Source of the DNA: a virus
DNA length: 64,000 bases
IMG/VR virus record: IMGVR_UViG_3300023073_000004
Coordinates: 1,113 to 65,112 of that record
Strand: one strand, 5' to 3'
Positions 1-8,639 of the stretch are shown piece by piece. Position 1 is the first letter of the stretch; the number at the start of each line of letters is the position of its first letter. The position numbers and the translations under genes were made by a program. Under the pieces are notes generated by a model, which had not been told where the DNA came from, searched no databases, and was given only the letters and a program-made list of their open reading frames with translations.

Positions 1-111
1 CAGGACCTCAAGAGCATTGCCGGGCTCCTCGGCGTGTCGATGCAGCGCGTCCAGCAGATCGAGACGCGAGCGCTCCGCACGATGGCATTCCGAGCAAGAG
101 ACCACCGATGA
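1..111 (+). CDS. C-terminal part of a sigma-70 region 4-like HTH protein (5' truncated by the window)
   Basis: Frame 1 reads QDLKSIAGLLGVSMQRVQQIETRALRTMAFRARDHR*, matching the region 4.2 pattern (IG..LGVS..RV.QIE..AL); stop overlaps the ATG at 108. Confidence 0.7.
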   Translation, partial: QDLKSIAGLLGVSMQRVQQIETRALRTMAFRARDHR

Positions 112-713
112 GTCCTGACCCCCGCCGCAGCCATCCCGGCTACGATCCGAGCCACCCGCCTCCGCCTCCACGGCGCAAGACGATGGGCGTCGAGATCCGG
201 GAGAAGGCCGAGGAAGACGAAGCCCCGGCCAGCCTCTCGCCGCGCGGCTTTCTCACCTTCGCCGCGAAGCACGGGCGGACCTGGAACCCGATCGGCGTCG
301 CTCTGATGTTCCTCGCCATCATCGGCGGCTCGCTCTACTTTTTGAACACCGACGTTGGCCATGCGCTCGTCGTCGCGCTGAAGGACAACACGACCGCCGT
401 CGAGAGGCTGGAAGCCAAGCTCGACGCGAAGATGGCCAAGCTCGAAGCCAAGGCCGACGAAGCGCTCGCCGGCAACAAGGCCATTCGCGAAGAGCTGAAG
501 GTCCAGGGCCAAGGCAACGCAACCAAGCGGATCGTGGTCTTGGAGAACAACCAGGCTCTCGCTGGCGAAGTGCTCGTGAAGCTGAACGGCGGCCAGTTCA
601 ACACGAGCTTCCCGCGCTCGCTCGAGGGCTCGTTCAAGCGCGAGCCCGGCCTGCCCGAGCCCGTGTTCCCGATGTTCACGACCGATCGGCAGTGGGCGAC
701 GAAGCCCGAGTGA
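108..713 (+). CDS. Membrane-anchored coiled-coil protein (possible lysis accessory)
   Basis: One hydrophobic helix (IGVALMFLAIIGGSLYFL) followed by a heptad-rich segment. Confidence 0.6.
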   Translation: MSPDPRRSHPGYDPSHPPPPPRRKTMGVEIREKAEEDEAPASLSPRGFLTFAAKHGRTWNPIGVALMFLAIIGGSLYFLNTDVGHALVVALKDNTTAVERLEAKLDAKMAKLEAKADEALAGNKAIREELKVQGQGNATKRIVVLENNQALAGEVLVKLNGGQFNTSFPRSLEGSFKREPGLPEPVFPMFTTDRQWATKPE

Positions 714-749
714 CCGCCGACGCCGCCGCCGAGTGACCCCCCATCGAAG

Positions 750-2498
750 ATGGCCACATCCCTACTGAACGTCAGTCTTGGCCGCGTCGCCCCGACGATC
801 GGCTGCGTCTCGCGCGAATGCGTGTCGACGGCCGGCGGGGACCGCTGGGTGGTCATGGGCGCGTCCCGCGATGGCTCGTTCGCCGGAGCTACGGCGCAGG
901 CTTCGATCAACGGCGCGCCGCTGGTCCACATCGGATCGTCGCTCGGCTCGGTCGACGTTGCGGCCCTGGAGCTCCGCGGCCCGCGAGGCGGCTTCCTGGA
1001 GTTCCGCGGCGGGGGCGGGGACAACCTGCTCCCGAGCCCGGCCGTTGCTACTTTCTTTTGGTCCGGCTCCAACCGCACGTACATCGGTACGTTTCAGCTC
1101 AACGACACCCAAGACGCGCCCTACACGTCCTCGAGTCCCAGCGGCGCGTTCGGCTCCGGCGGCTCAGACACCGCAGCAGCCGCGACGATTGCCACGACGT
1201 GCACGGCGGCCAGCAATGGCGCGCTCGTCGGCGTGGCGACGTGCGAGGCTAACACCACCGTCTCTAGTACGTCCGGCGCCACGGCAGCCGCAGCAACGAC
1301 CGGCACGATCAGCTCGACGCACGGGTACGAAGTCGGGCTGACGAGCGGCAGCCAGAGCTGTGACTGGACCATCGGCACGAACGCCGTGCGGCGTGCTTGC
1401 ACGGTGGCCTACGCGCCTCGAGCGCAGGGCTGGTCATCGTTCTCGCCGGCCATCGACGCGACCGGCGTCTCGCCCACGTTCGGCACCTTGACCGTCACGA
1501 TGACGGCCGGGACGACGGTCGGCTCGGGCAACGTACGGCTCTACAAGACGGTCCTTCCGTCGAGCTCGCCGACGATGGTGCATCAGACCGGCGGGACGTC
1601 GACAGGCACCGATGCTCCGACGATCAACACACCGGGGCACGCGACGAACGGCGGGCCCGGGCTGGCGGCCAACGATCTCATCATCATCGTCGGCAACTTG
1701 GCGGGCGCGGCGCATGTCGTGCCGCCAGCGGCGGGCGTCGGGTGGACTATTACCCACTGGCATCCGGGCGGGGACGTCACGGGGTATGTCGCCTGGAAGC
1801 GCGCGACAGGTTCCGAGGGTGCCACTCTGTCGAGCGGCGCGTCGATCTTCGGTGGGACCAACGATCACTCCTACGAGGCATTTTGCGTCCGCGGCGGGCA
1901 TCTCACCGACGCTCCGTACGTCCGTTTCAACACTACCCAGGCCGGCGGCACCACGACGGCGCCAAACCCGCTCGCTGTACAGCTGCCGTACAGCGAGCCG
2001 TGCCTGGTTCTGATCGGCAACGCGACCGGCACGGGCAGCACGTCCGTCAGCGGATGGCCGACGGGTTTTTCGACAAACGGCGTCTATCGCGAGTCCACCA
2101 ACGCGTCGACGGGCAGTCGGTGCGGGCTCGCCACGTCGTGGATGCAGGACACGGGCATCAGCTTCGACCCGGGCGCGCTGACGCTCGGCACCGGTCGACG
2201 CTCTGTGCCGATGACCATCGTCGTCCGGCCGGACGATCCGAGCACGCTCGAAGCCACCATCCCGGCCGCATCGTGCACGTTCACCGGCAACGACATCCAG
2301 ATCCCGATCTCCACCCTCACCGGGTCGACCGCCTACCACGTCCAGATCGACGACCAGCTCTTACCGGACTGGTTCGGCGTCTATTGGCGAGAGTGGCGGT
2401 TCACGACGGGGGCGGCCGCTGCCGGCGGCCCACCCATCACCGCATCCCAGCGCATCGCCCGCAACGTCTACCCGCGCCGCATGAGGCGCGCGGCCTGA
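750..2498 (+). CDS. Thr/Gly/Ser-rich virion fibre/adhesin protein with an Ig-like domain
   Basis: 582 aa, beta-rich composition; SbsA/Big_5-like Ig motifs (SPAIDATGV...GSGNVRLY and YHVQID...WRFTT). Confidence 0.65.
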   Translation: MATSLLNVSLGRVAPTIGCVSRECVSTAGGDRWVVMGASRDGSFAGATAQASINGAPLVHIGSSLGSVDVAALELRGPRGGFLEFRGGGGDNLLPSPAVATFFWSGSNRTYIGTFQLNDTQDAPYTSSSPSGAFGSGGSDTAAAATIATTCTAASNGALVGVATCEANTTVSSTSGATAAAATTGTISSTHGYEVGLTSGSQSCDWTIGTNAVRRACTVAYAPRAQGWSSFSPAIDATGVSPTFGTLTVTMTAGTTVGSGNVRLYKTVLPSSSPTMVHQTGGTSTGTDAPTINTPGHATNGGPGLAANDLIIIVGNLAGAAHVVPPAAGVGWTITHWHPGGDVTGYVAWKRATGSEGATLSSGASIFGGTNDHSYEAFCVRGGHLTDAPYVRFNTTQAGGTTTAPNPLAVQLPYSEPCLVLIGNATGTGSTSVSGWPTGFSTNGVYRESTNASTGSRCGLATSWMQDTGISFDPGALTLGTGRRSVPMTIVVRPDDPSTLEATIPAASCTFTGNDIQIPISTLTGSTAYHVQIDDQLLPDWFGVYWREWRFTTGAAAAGGPPITASQRIARNVYPRRMRRAA

Positions 2499-2575
2499 GC
2501 TGAGCGCTCACCAAACAATCACACCCTGCCGATGGCGGGGAGGCGGCGCTTTGTTCGGCGCCGGAAGGAAAAGCC

Positions 2576-2776
2576 ATGAGCCAAGAAACGCACACGCTAT
2601 CAGCCGGGTCTGGCGGCCAGTGGGAAGTCACCCACTACCGCAGCGAAATCGCCCGCCGTCTCGCGCTGCCCGAGGGTGACGTCGACCGCGCCCCCGCAAC
2701 CATCGAGGCGCTGCATCGCAAGCTCGCCCGAGTCATCGCAAAGCACGGCGACCCGGCCGCGCAGGAAGGCAGCTGA
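2576..2776 (+). CDS. Hypothetical protein
   Basis: GGAAGGAAAAGCC ATG ribosome-binding context; fits the operon. Confidence 0.55.
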   Translation: MSQETHTLSAGSGGQWEVTHYRSEIARRLALPEGDVDRAPATIEALHRKLARVIAKHGDPAAQEGS

Positions 2777-2779
2777 GCC

Positions 2780-3217
2780 ATGGGCAAGCAATTCTTCTGG
2801 TCCCGCCTTGGCGCTCTCGCCATGGGCACGGCGCTCCTCTGCGACGTCTACGTGGACGACTACTACCGGGACAATGGCCTCACGGTCGGCACCACGGGCA
2901 GCACGTTCGCCTTGCGTCTGAACAACGCCGAGGCGGACACGTACACGGAAGCCACCACGACCTTCATCCTCGGATCGAAGACGTCGCCGACGCTCTCGGT
3001 CGTCAACGGCACGACGGACGGCAGGGCCATTCAGGTGACGTCCTTCTCAGATGGGTCGGTCACGGTCACGGGCACGGCGTCCCATTGGGCGCTGGTCGAC
3101 GTGACCAATACGCGAATCATCGCCGCGGGCCCGCTTTCGGCCACGCAGGCCGTCACGAACGGCAACCCGTTCTCCCTGACCACCTTCCAAGCGGCGTGCT
3201 TTCGCGACGCGGCCTGA
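2780..3217 (+). CDS. Virion structural protein (tail fibre-associated family)
   Basis: Resembles a common phage family (DNGLTV...TYTEAT...LG...DGRAIQV...GTASHWALVD...GNPFSL). Confidence 0.6.
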   Translation: MGKQFFWSRLGALAMGTALLCDVYVDDYYRDNGLTVGTTGSTFALRLNNAEADTYTEATTTFILGSKTSPTLSVVNGTTDGRAIQVTSFSDGSVTVTGTASHWALVDVTNTRIIAAGPLSATQAVTNGNPFSLTTFQAACFRDAA

Positions 3218-3223
3218 GGCGAC

Positions 3224-3511
3224 ATGCTGATCCGCTTCAAGATCCATGACCGGGAGACGTATCCCGACGGCGCCGTGCTCGACGTGCCGAACCCGAGCCC
3301 GCGCTTGCTGGAGGCCTGCCGAGATAACGCCGAAGGCATCAAGGTGGCCGACGTGCTCCTGCGCAACGAACGCGGCATCGGCTATGGGGCGCTCTGGCTC
3401 GCCGGGCCGACACTGGAGGCCCTGGCTGTCGAGTTGGAACGCGTCGAGCTGTTCCGGATCCGCCTCGACGACAAGCGGACGGAGTATCTGCGCCGAAGGG
3501 GGCTCGTATGA
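3224..3511 (+). CDS. Hypothetical protein
   Basis: GAGG RBS; ATGA overlap with the next gene. Confidence 0.6.
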   Translation: MLIRFKIHDRETYPDGAVLDVPNPSPRLLEACRDNAEGIKVADVLLRNERGIGYGALWLAGPTLEALAVELERVELFRIRLDDKRTEYLRRRGLV

Positions 3512-3975
3512 TCGGACGTCCCTATCGGTTGCCCGTGGCTGCAGTGGCCAGCCCAGCCGCAGCCTTCGACTTCGCGGAGCTGAACGCTCATTCGTCGAGG
3601 CTGCTCCTGCTCTGCGGCCTCGAACTCGGACAAAGCTCGGATGCTGGCGATGCGCAGGATGAGCAGCTCGGGATCCAGATCATCTCCGGCTACTCGACGA
3701 GCGGTTCGGGCGGCAGCTCGGCCACCCCGTTGACCAATCCGAACAACGCCGCTTTTGGCGGCACGGCCGAGACCATGAACACGACGGTGGCCACCGGCGG
3801 CTCGCCCGTCGTCGAATGGGCCGGGGCGCTCAACGTGCGCGGCGGATACGTCAACTGGATCGATCTCGACTTCCAGCTGCTGTTTGCAGCCAGCGCTCGG
3901 ATTGTCGTCCGGGTTTCTGCCCCAGCCGACGCGCTCACGATGAGCGGGACTCTGCTGTTCAAAGAGATCGGCTGA
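3508..3975 (+). CDS. Putative virion structural protein
   Basis: Coupled in the fibre cluster; beta-rich. Confidence 0.55.
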   Translation: MIGRPYRLPVAAVASPAAAFDFAELNAHSSRLLLLCGLELGQSSDAGDAQDEQLGIQIISGYSTSGSGGSSATPLTNPNNAAFGGTAETMNTTVATGGSPVVEWAGALNVRGGYVNWIDLDFQLLFAASARIVVRVSAPADALTMSGTLLFKEIG

Positions 3976-3979
3976 TCCA

Positions 3980-4981
3980 ATGCCTTTCGTCCGGCCGCCA
4001 AGACGCGGACGCTCGCTGCCTCAACCGCAACGGGTGGCTGCGCTTTTCTCGGCCCAGACGAACGTCACGGTCACGCCGACCGGTGTCTCCTGTGCCTGCG
4101 ATGTCGGCTCCCCGACGCTCGCCCAGAATCACCAGCTCGTAAGCGTCGGCGCCTCCTGCGCGAACGAAGTTGGGATGCCGGCCTTCGGGCAGGGGCACCT
4201 AGCCGCGGGTTCCGGCGCTTCGTGTGACACGACCGTCGATGGCCCGAGCGTCGGGCAGAACCACCAGCTAGCCGCTTCGGGCGCCAGCTGCGGGACGGAG
4301 GCAGGTTCCCCGGCGGTCGGCCAAGGGCACCTCGTGGCCGGCTCGGGAGCGAGCTGCGCCACCACCGCGGGCAGCCCCGACATTGCTCAGAACCACCTCC
4401 TGGAGGCTGCTGGCGCCTCCTGTGGGACGACAGCGGGCTCCCCGAGTCTCACGGGCGCCATGGACGCACTCGGGGCGTCCTGCGGCACGGAGGCGGGTGC
4501 CCCTGCCGTTAGCCAGAACCACCAGCTGGCGGCGACCGGGAGCTCGTGCTCGACGGACGTCGGCGCTCCTGGTCTCGGCCAGAACCAGCAGCTCGGCGGG
4601 GCGGGCGCCTCGTGCGGGACCACCGCTGGCGGCCCGGCGCTGAGTCAGAACCACCAGCTGAGCGCGGTCGGCGCCAGTTGCTCGAGCGAAGCCGGGAGCC
4701 CGGTCGCGGACAGCGGACTCGCTGCACTTGGGGCGTCGTGCGCGACCACGGCAGGCGCTCCGACCATCGCCCAGAATCACCAGCTCGTGGCTGTCGGCGC
4801 CTCGGTCGCGGTGACCGCGGGGACCGCCATCATCCCGCCCGAAGGTGACCCCCCCACCGGCTCGGGCCCCTGGACCGACGTCACCACCGACGCGCCCGTG
4901 GCTTCCGGCGAGTGGTCCGAAGTTCAAAATCCGCCCGTCGCCACCGGCCCGTGGAATCTCGAGGAGCCCCTAGCAGCATGA
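3980..4981 (+). CDS. Repeat-containing fibre-like protein (22-aa QNHQLxAxGASCxTxAGxP repeats)
   Basis: About 10 tandem 22-residue units visible in protein and DNA. Confidence 0.7.
   Translation: MPFVRPPRRGRSLPQPQRVAALFSAQTNVTVTPTGVSCACDVGSPTLAQNHQLVSVGASCANEVGMPAFGQGHLAAGSGASCDTTVDGPSVGQNHQLAASGASCGTEAGSPAVGQGHLVAGSGASCATTAGSPDIAQNHLLEAAGASCGTTAGSPSLTGAMDALGASCGTEAGAPAVSQNHQLAATGSSCSTDVGAPGLGQNQQLGGAGASCGTTAGGPALSQNHQLSAVGASCSSEAGSPVADSGLAALGASCATTAGAPTIAQNHQLVAVGASVAVTAGTAIIPPEGDPPTGSGPWTDVTTDAPVASGEWSEVQNPPVATGPWNLEEPLAA
4100..4830 (+). repeat. Degenerate 66-bp coding tandem repeat (CAGAACCACCAGCT core)
   Basis: Cores recur near 4122, 4188, 4254, 4320, 4386, 4510, 4577, 4643 and 4770. Confidence 0.85.
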
Positions 4982-5373
4982 CGACCGCGCCCACCTACAG
5001 CTTCTCGATCGATCGCGGCGACGACTTCGACAAGAAGATCCCGCTCTCGGCTGCCTACGGCTACTTCGACTCCTACCTGATGACGTTCCGGTCGAGCATC
5101 CCGGCCGCTACGGTCACCACGGACGAAGCCCCCGCGGTGCTCTACCAGGCGTCATCGGAGGGGGACGACCCGGGCATCACCGAGTTCGAGGAGCAGCTCC
5201 GAGCCAAGCTCCCCGCCGGCGCCACGAACGAGTGGCCATTTCGGGTCTTCTACGACGTCGAGGGCATCGGGCGCGCAGGGGATGCCGGGTTCGTCCGCAC
5301 GGTCGTCAAGGGCGAGATCAAGGTGCTCGGGGACATCACGCGACTACTGGCGCAGCCGGACCCTGGGCCTTGA
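4978..5373 (+). CDS. Baseplate upper protein (BppU)-like / fibre-associated protein
   Basis: Starts TYSFSIDRGDDF, ends YDVE...VVKGEIKVLGDITR, a typical BppU-N-like pattern; ATGA overlap at 4978. Confidence 0.5.
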   Translation: MTTAPTYSFSIDRGDDFDKKIPLSAAYGYFDSYLMTFRSSIPAATVTTDEAPAVLYQASSEGDDPGITEFEEQLRAKLPAGATNEWPFRVFYDVEGIGRAGDAGFVRTVVKGEIKVLGDITRLLAQPDPGP

Positions 5374-5407
5374 CCCGCACACCCTGACCATTCTCCCGAC
5401 GCCGGGA

Positions 5408-5448
5408 AGAAGCCCCCTCTCGTCCTTCACCGGGCGAGAGGGTTTTCT
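5408..5448. terminator. Probable bidirectional intrinsic terminator between convergent operons
   Basis: Stem CCCTCTCGTCC / GGGCGAGAGGG with a TTCACC loop, flanked by GAAG and TTTTCT; lies at the +/- convergence point. Confidence 0.75.
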
Positions 5449-5601
5449 GCGTTTAGGGCTCTAGTCTCCCGAGCCGCCCCACCTTCGGCTTCTCCCTCCC
5501 CCTCAGCACCCGCACCACCTCGTAGTCCTCCCGCTTCGTCCCATGCGCCCCCAGAAACGCCGTAGCGGCCAGCCTGGCGGACTCGGTCAGCTCTTCCGGC
5601 G

Positions 5602-5970
5602 TCAGACATCGCGAAGTTTCTCTGCCCACTGGTGGCGCTTCTTCCCTCGTGCCGCAAAGAACGCCGCCCGGCCCATGTCGCCACCTCTCACCAGGATCGA
5701 GACCTCTCGACGTCCGTCCTTGTCGACCAGATTCTGGCAAATCCGCGCCAGCAGCCTCCGCCGCGAGCGGTACTGGGCGAGGTAGCCGGTCGAAGTGAGC
5801 GTCAGCGTGAGTCGCTCGATGGCATTGTCACGCTCGCCGAGCTTGTCGATGAAGCCGGTGATGGCGAGCTTGTGCCCGCGTCCGCCCACCATCTGGTACT
5901 GCCACTGGTGGTCGACCTGGTTCCACCTCAGCATCAGCGGCCCAGCGCGGAGGGGTTCGCGGTCAGCCAT
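5602..5970 (-). CDS. Hypothetical protein
   Basis: Coupled ORF in the early-left operon (MADREPLRAG...). Confidence 0.55.
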   Translation of the reverse strand: MADREPLRAGPLMLRWNQVDHQWQYQMVGGRGHKLAITGFIDKLGERDNAIERLTLTLTSTGYLAQYRSRRRLLARICQNLVDKDGRREVSILVRGGDMGRAAFFAARGKKRHQWAEKLRDV

Positions 5971-6223
5971 CGCCCCGCTCGTCTCCGTCGTCGAGCGCCC
6001 GCCCAATCGCCTTCACGATCTCGACCGGGTGCGCGTCTTCCCGAAACTCCGCGCCGACCTCGGCGGCCAGCTCGAGCAGCGCGGCCTTGGTCTGCGAAAG
6101 CACCAGCGGCGCGCTCTCGACCTCCTCACCGTTGGCCCGGAGCTCGCGGAGGATGTCGCTCAGCAGGCGGCGCAGCATGATGTTCTGGCCGCGGACGTAG
6201 GCGGCTTCTTCGGCGGGGGTCAT
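5963..6223 (-). CDS. Hypothetical protein
   Basis: MTPAEEAAYVRG...; ATGA overlap with the Thg1 stop. Confidence 0.6.
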   Translation of the reverse strand: MTPAEEAAYVRGQNIMLRRLLSDILRELRANGEEVESAPLVLSQTKAALLELAAEVGAEFREDAHPVEIVKAIGRALDDGDERGDG

Positions 6224-7017
6224 TCGGCGTCTCCGTTGTCCAGACAATGCCCCCGCCGCACCAGTTCGGCGTCGCAGGCGGATTGGGCTTCTTCTGTTTC
6301 CGTTGCCAGGAAGCGCTCGATGTATTCGCGATCCTCGGCCTTCAGGATGGGCGGCGCCTCCGACTTCCAGCCGATTCCGTCGCGCACGATGCAGCGGCCA
6401 CGCTTCAGCTCCGGCGCTAGGTCGTTCCAGTTCTGGCCCTTTTGGAAGCACATTTCCTGCATGTCGGCCTGGTTCTTCTCGTCGCACTCCGAGTGTGAGT
6501 AGAGCGACCGCGCCAGCATCTGCAGGCTGTTTCGCGTCGCGTCCTGCTGGCGCCACAGGAAGTAGTTCGTGACTTCGGACTCGGGCAGCACGAAGGCGCG
6601 CGCGTCGAAGTGGGCAACGCGTCCGGCGAGCAGTGTCATCGACGCCGAAGCAATGGCGGCCGATAGACTGCAGACCTTCTGAAGCCGATTCGATAGCCAC
6701 GGCTGCGTCGCGAACCGCTTGTAGTTGTGGAGTAGGACGGAGATCTCGTCACTTTGGACGTAGGCCACCTGGGCGCCGTCGAGTTCGCGGCAAAGTTGCT
6801 CGGCAACGGAGTCCATCCAGAAGATGAGCCGCTCGTCGAACGGTCGGCTGAAGCCACGCGTCCAGGTGTGGAAGGCGCGACCGTCCACCCGCACGATGAC
6901 CGGCATCCTGGGCGGGAGCGCGATGTCGTGAGCCCGCTCGTAGCGCTTCATGCGGTCGCCGAGAGAATCGCCAGGCGTCATGCTCGCCCAGGCGGATTTG
7001 GCAGAGGTGGGGGTCAT
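6220..7017 (-). CDS. thg1: tRNA(His) guanylyltransferase Thg1-like protein (3'-5' polymerase)
   Basis: Motifs DRMKRYE, VRVDGRAFH, YVQSDEIS, FDAR, NYFLWRQQDATRNS; catalytic carboxylates intact; start overlaps the upstream stop (ATGA). Confidence 0.93.
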   Translation of the reverse strand: MTPTSAKSAWASMTPGDSLGDRMKRYERAHDIALPPRMPVIVRVDGRAFHTWTRGFSRPFDERLIFWMDSVAEQLCRELDGAQVAYVQSDEISVLLHNYKRFATQPWLSNRLQKVCSLSAAIASASMTLLAGRVAHFDARAFVLPESEVTNYFLWRQQDATRNSLQMLARSLYSHSECDEKNQADMQEMCFQKGQNWNDLAPELKRGRCIVRDGIGWKSEAPPILKAEDREYIERFLATETEEAQSACDAELVRRGHCLDNGDAE

Positions 7018-7850
7018 GGCTGCACGCTCCTGATGGTTGGCCGGTCGGGGCCTCCGAGCACGAACGTCGGCGCGGTCCACTTGACGACCCGCTCCTGCCT
7101 TCCTTGGCCGTGGAGATAGGTGTGGAAGTGCCCCCGGCGAACATGAGGGCGCACCGTTCCGCCCTGCGCTTCGGCTCGTTGCTGCCGGATGTGCGCACCG
7201 ATCTTGAGGCCGACTTGCCACACGGCCGGGTGGTTCTGACTCACCAGGGCACCGTGCTTGTTTCTCCGCAGTTGCCTCGGGCGCGCAGGGCCCTCCACGT
7301 CCGGGGCCTTCGTCGCGAGGTACGCAAGCAACCTTGCGATCGTCCTTAGCTCGTCGACGCCCACGATGGTAAATGGCCGATCGATCGACAGTCGCTCATC
7401 AGGCGGGATGCATCGCCATGCCAGCCACGGTGGCACCGTGCCGTCTTCTTCGAGCAGCTGGCGCAGAATCGTGGGCGCGTTGTCCAACGGGTTGGAGTGG
7501 TCCCAGATGTTGAAAACGAGAAACACCTCATCTCCGGCGAACAGGAAGAAAGCCATCTCCGGGGGCGGCGGCAGAAAGTCCGGAGAGTCCGAGTTCTGCA
7601 ATGCAGAGAACAGCTCGCCATCGAAGGTGTAGATCCCCATCGTCTTGCGCCAACTGCAAAGCGCTGCGCAAATCAACAGCCCGGCAACGGTCGGCCAGTC
7701 CGCATCAGGCGGGACTCGTTCGGCAAGGGTCTTGCTGCCCCAGTCGAGCTGGAGATCGTTCGTCATGAGCGACTCGAAAAAGGCGACTTCATCGGGATGC
7801 TGGCGCCAGTCGCTGACGACGGATTGGACGAATTGGACCTTGCTCGCCAT
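7014..7850 (-). CDS. Phage protein with a C-terminal RPHVRRGHFH motif (AcrVA2/FinQ-like motif)
   Basis: C-terminus VRPHVRRGHFHTYLHGQGRQERVVKWTAPTFV; TGATG coupling at 7850. Confidence 0.45.
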   Translation of the reverse strand: MASKVQFVQSVVSDWRQHPDEVAFFESLMTNDLQLDWGSKTLAERVPPDADWPTVAGLLICAALCSWRKTMGIYTFDGELFSALQNSDSPDFLPPPPEMAFFLFAGDEVFLVFNIWDHSNPLDNAPTILRQLLEEDGTVPPWLAWRCIPPDERLSIDRPFTIVGVDELRTIARLLAYLATKAPDVEGPARPRQLRRNKHGALVSQNHPAVWQVGLKIGAHIRQQRAEAQGGTVRPHVRRGHFHTYLHGQGRQERVVKWTAPTFVLGGPDRPTIRSVQP

Positions 7851-8317
7851 CACTCCCCCTCCCCAAACCCGGCAGGAAGCTCCGTCGAGTCGGCGGGTTT
7901 CCAGGCGAGGGGGGTCCAGAAGTCTGAGAGCGCTTCTCCGCTGTCTAGGCGCACCCAGCAGTCCGTTAGCCACTCGGCGTCGATCACCTTGCGCCGTTTT
8001 GTCCTGGCGCTTGGGTGGCTTTGGATGAGCAGACGAATGGTTGCGCCACTGCCATCGTGCTCGCTCAGCCTCCTCCACTCGCGGCCGGGGAGCTTTTCGG
8101 TACGGAGCAGTTCAACCAACGAGAGCAATTCGCGCTTGAACCCGACGGTGTCAGTCAGGGCGACGATCATCGCGTAGGCGTCCTGACTGTGCAGTTTCGT
8201 CCACGCTCGCGCGTGCTTCTGGAAAATCCCGTTCTGCTTCGGCCACCACTTCGCGAGCACTGGGTCTGTGAACGGGCAATCCGGCACAGGCTCCGGCAGC
8301 TTGAAATCACTTGGCAT
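7850..8317 (-). CDS. Hypothetical protein
   Basis: Coupled ORF (MPSDFKLPEP...). Confidence 0.55.
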   Translation of the reverse strand: MPSDFKLPEPVPDCPFTDPVLAKWWPKQNGIFQKHARAWTKLHSQDAYAMIVALTDTVGFKRELLSLVELLRTEKLPGREWRRLSEHDGSGATIRLLIQSHPSARTKRRKVIDAEWLTDCWVRLDSGEALSDFWTPLAWKPADSTELPAGFGEGE

Positions 8318-8639
8318 TGAGGGCCTCCAGGATGTCTTCGGCTGCACACACTCGGCCCGCATTGTGCTGCGGGGAGATGCTGTCGTTCACGTGCTCGGCG
8401 GCAGTCTCCTCCGCGCGTTCCCTCGCCCGCCTAGCTCCAGCGAGTTCGGCCAGAACCCTCTTGCGCAACCACTCCCATGCATCGCGATCGTCTCCACCTT
8501 CCAACCAATTTAGCGCGGTGAGCGGATCACATTCTGCATCAAGAGTGTCCGTTGCTAGTGCTGCCGCACGTGGGTGCAGGCCCCACCACTCTTGTAGCAA
8601 CCCATTGGCAAAGTACGGCTCGGGAGGCGGGGAGGTCAT
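8307..8639 (-). CDS. Hypothetical protein
   Basis: Coupled ORF with locally lower GC. Confidence 0.5.
   Translation of the reverse strand: MTSPPPEPYFANGLLQEWWGLHPRAAALATDTLDAECDPLTALNWLEGGDDRDAWEWLRKRVLAELAGARRARERAEETAAEHVNDSISPQHNAGRVCAAEDILEALNAK

Noticed and set aside
4100-4830. 66-bp periodic repeats as a CRISPR-like array
   Set aside because: The repeats are in-frame, degenerate at third positions and encode a protein repeat
5427-5740. Terminal small gene of the early-left operon
   Set aside because: Two competing frames (MSDAGRAD... and ...LTPEELTES...) with no clear start or motif; cannot choose
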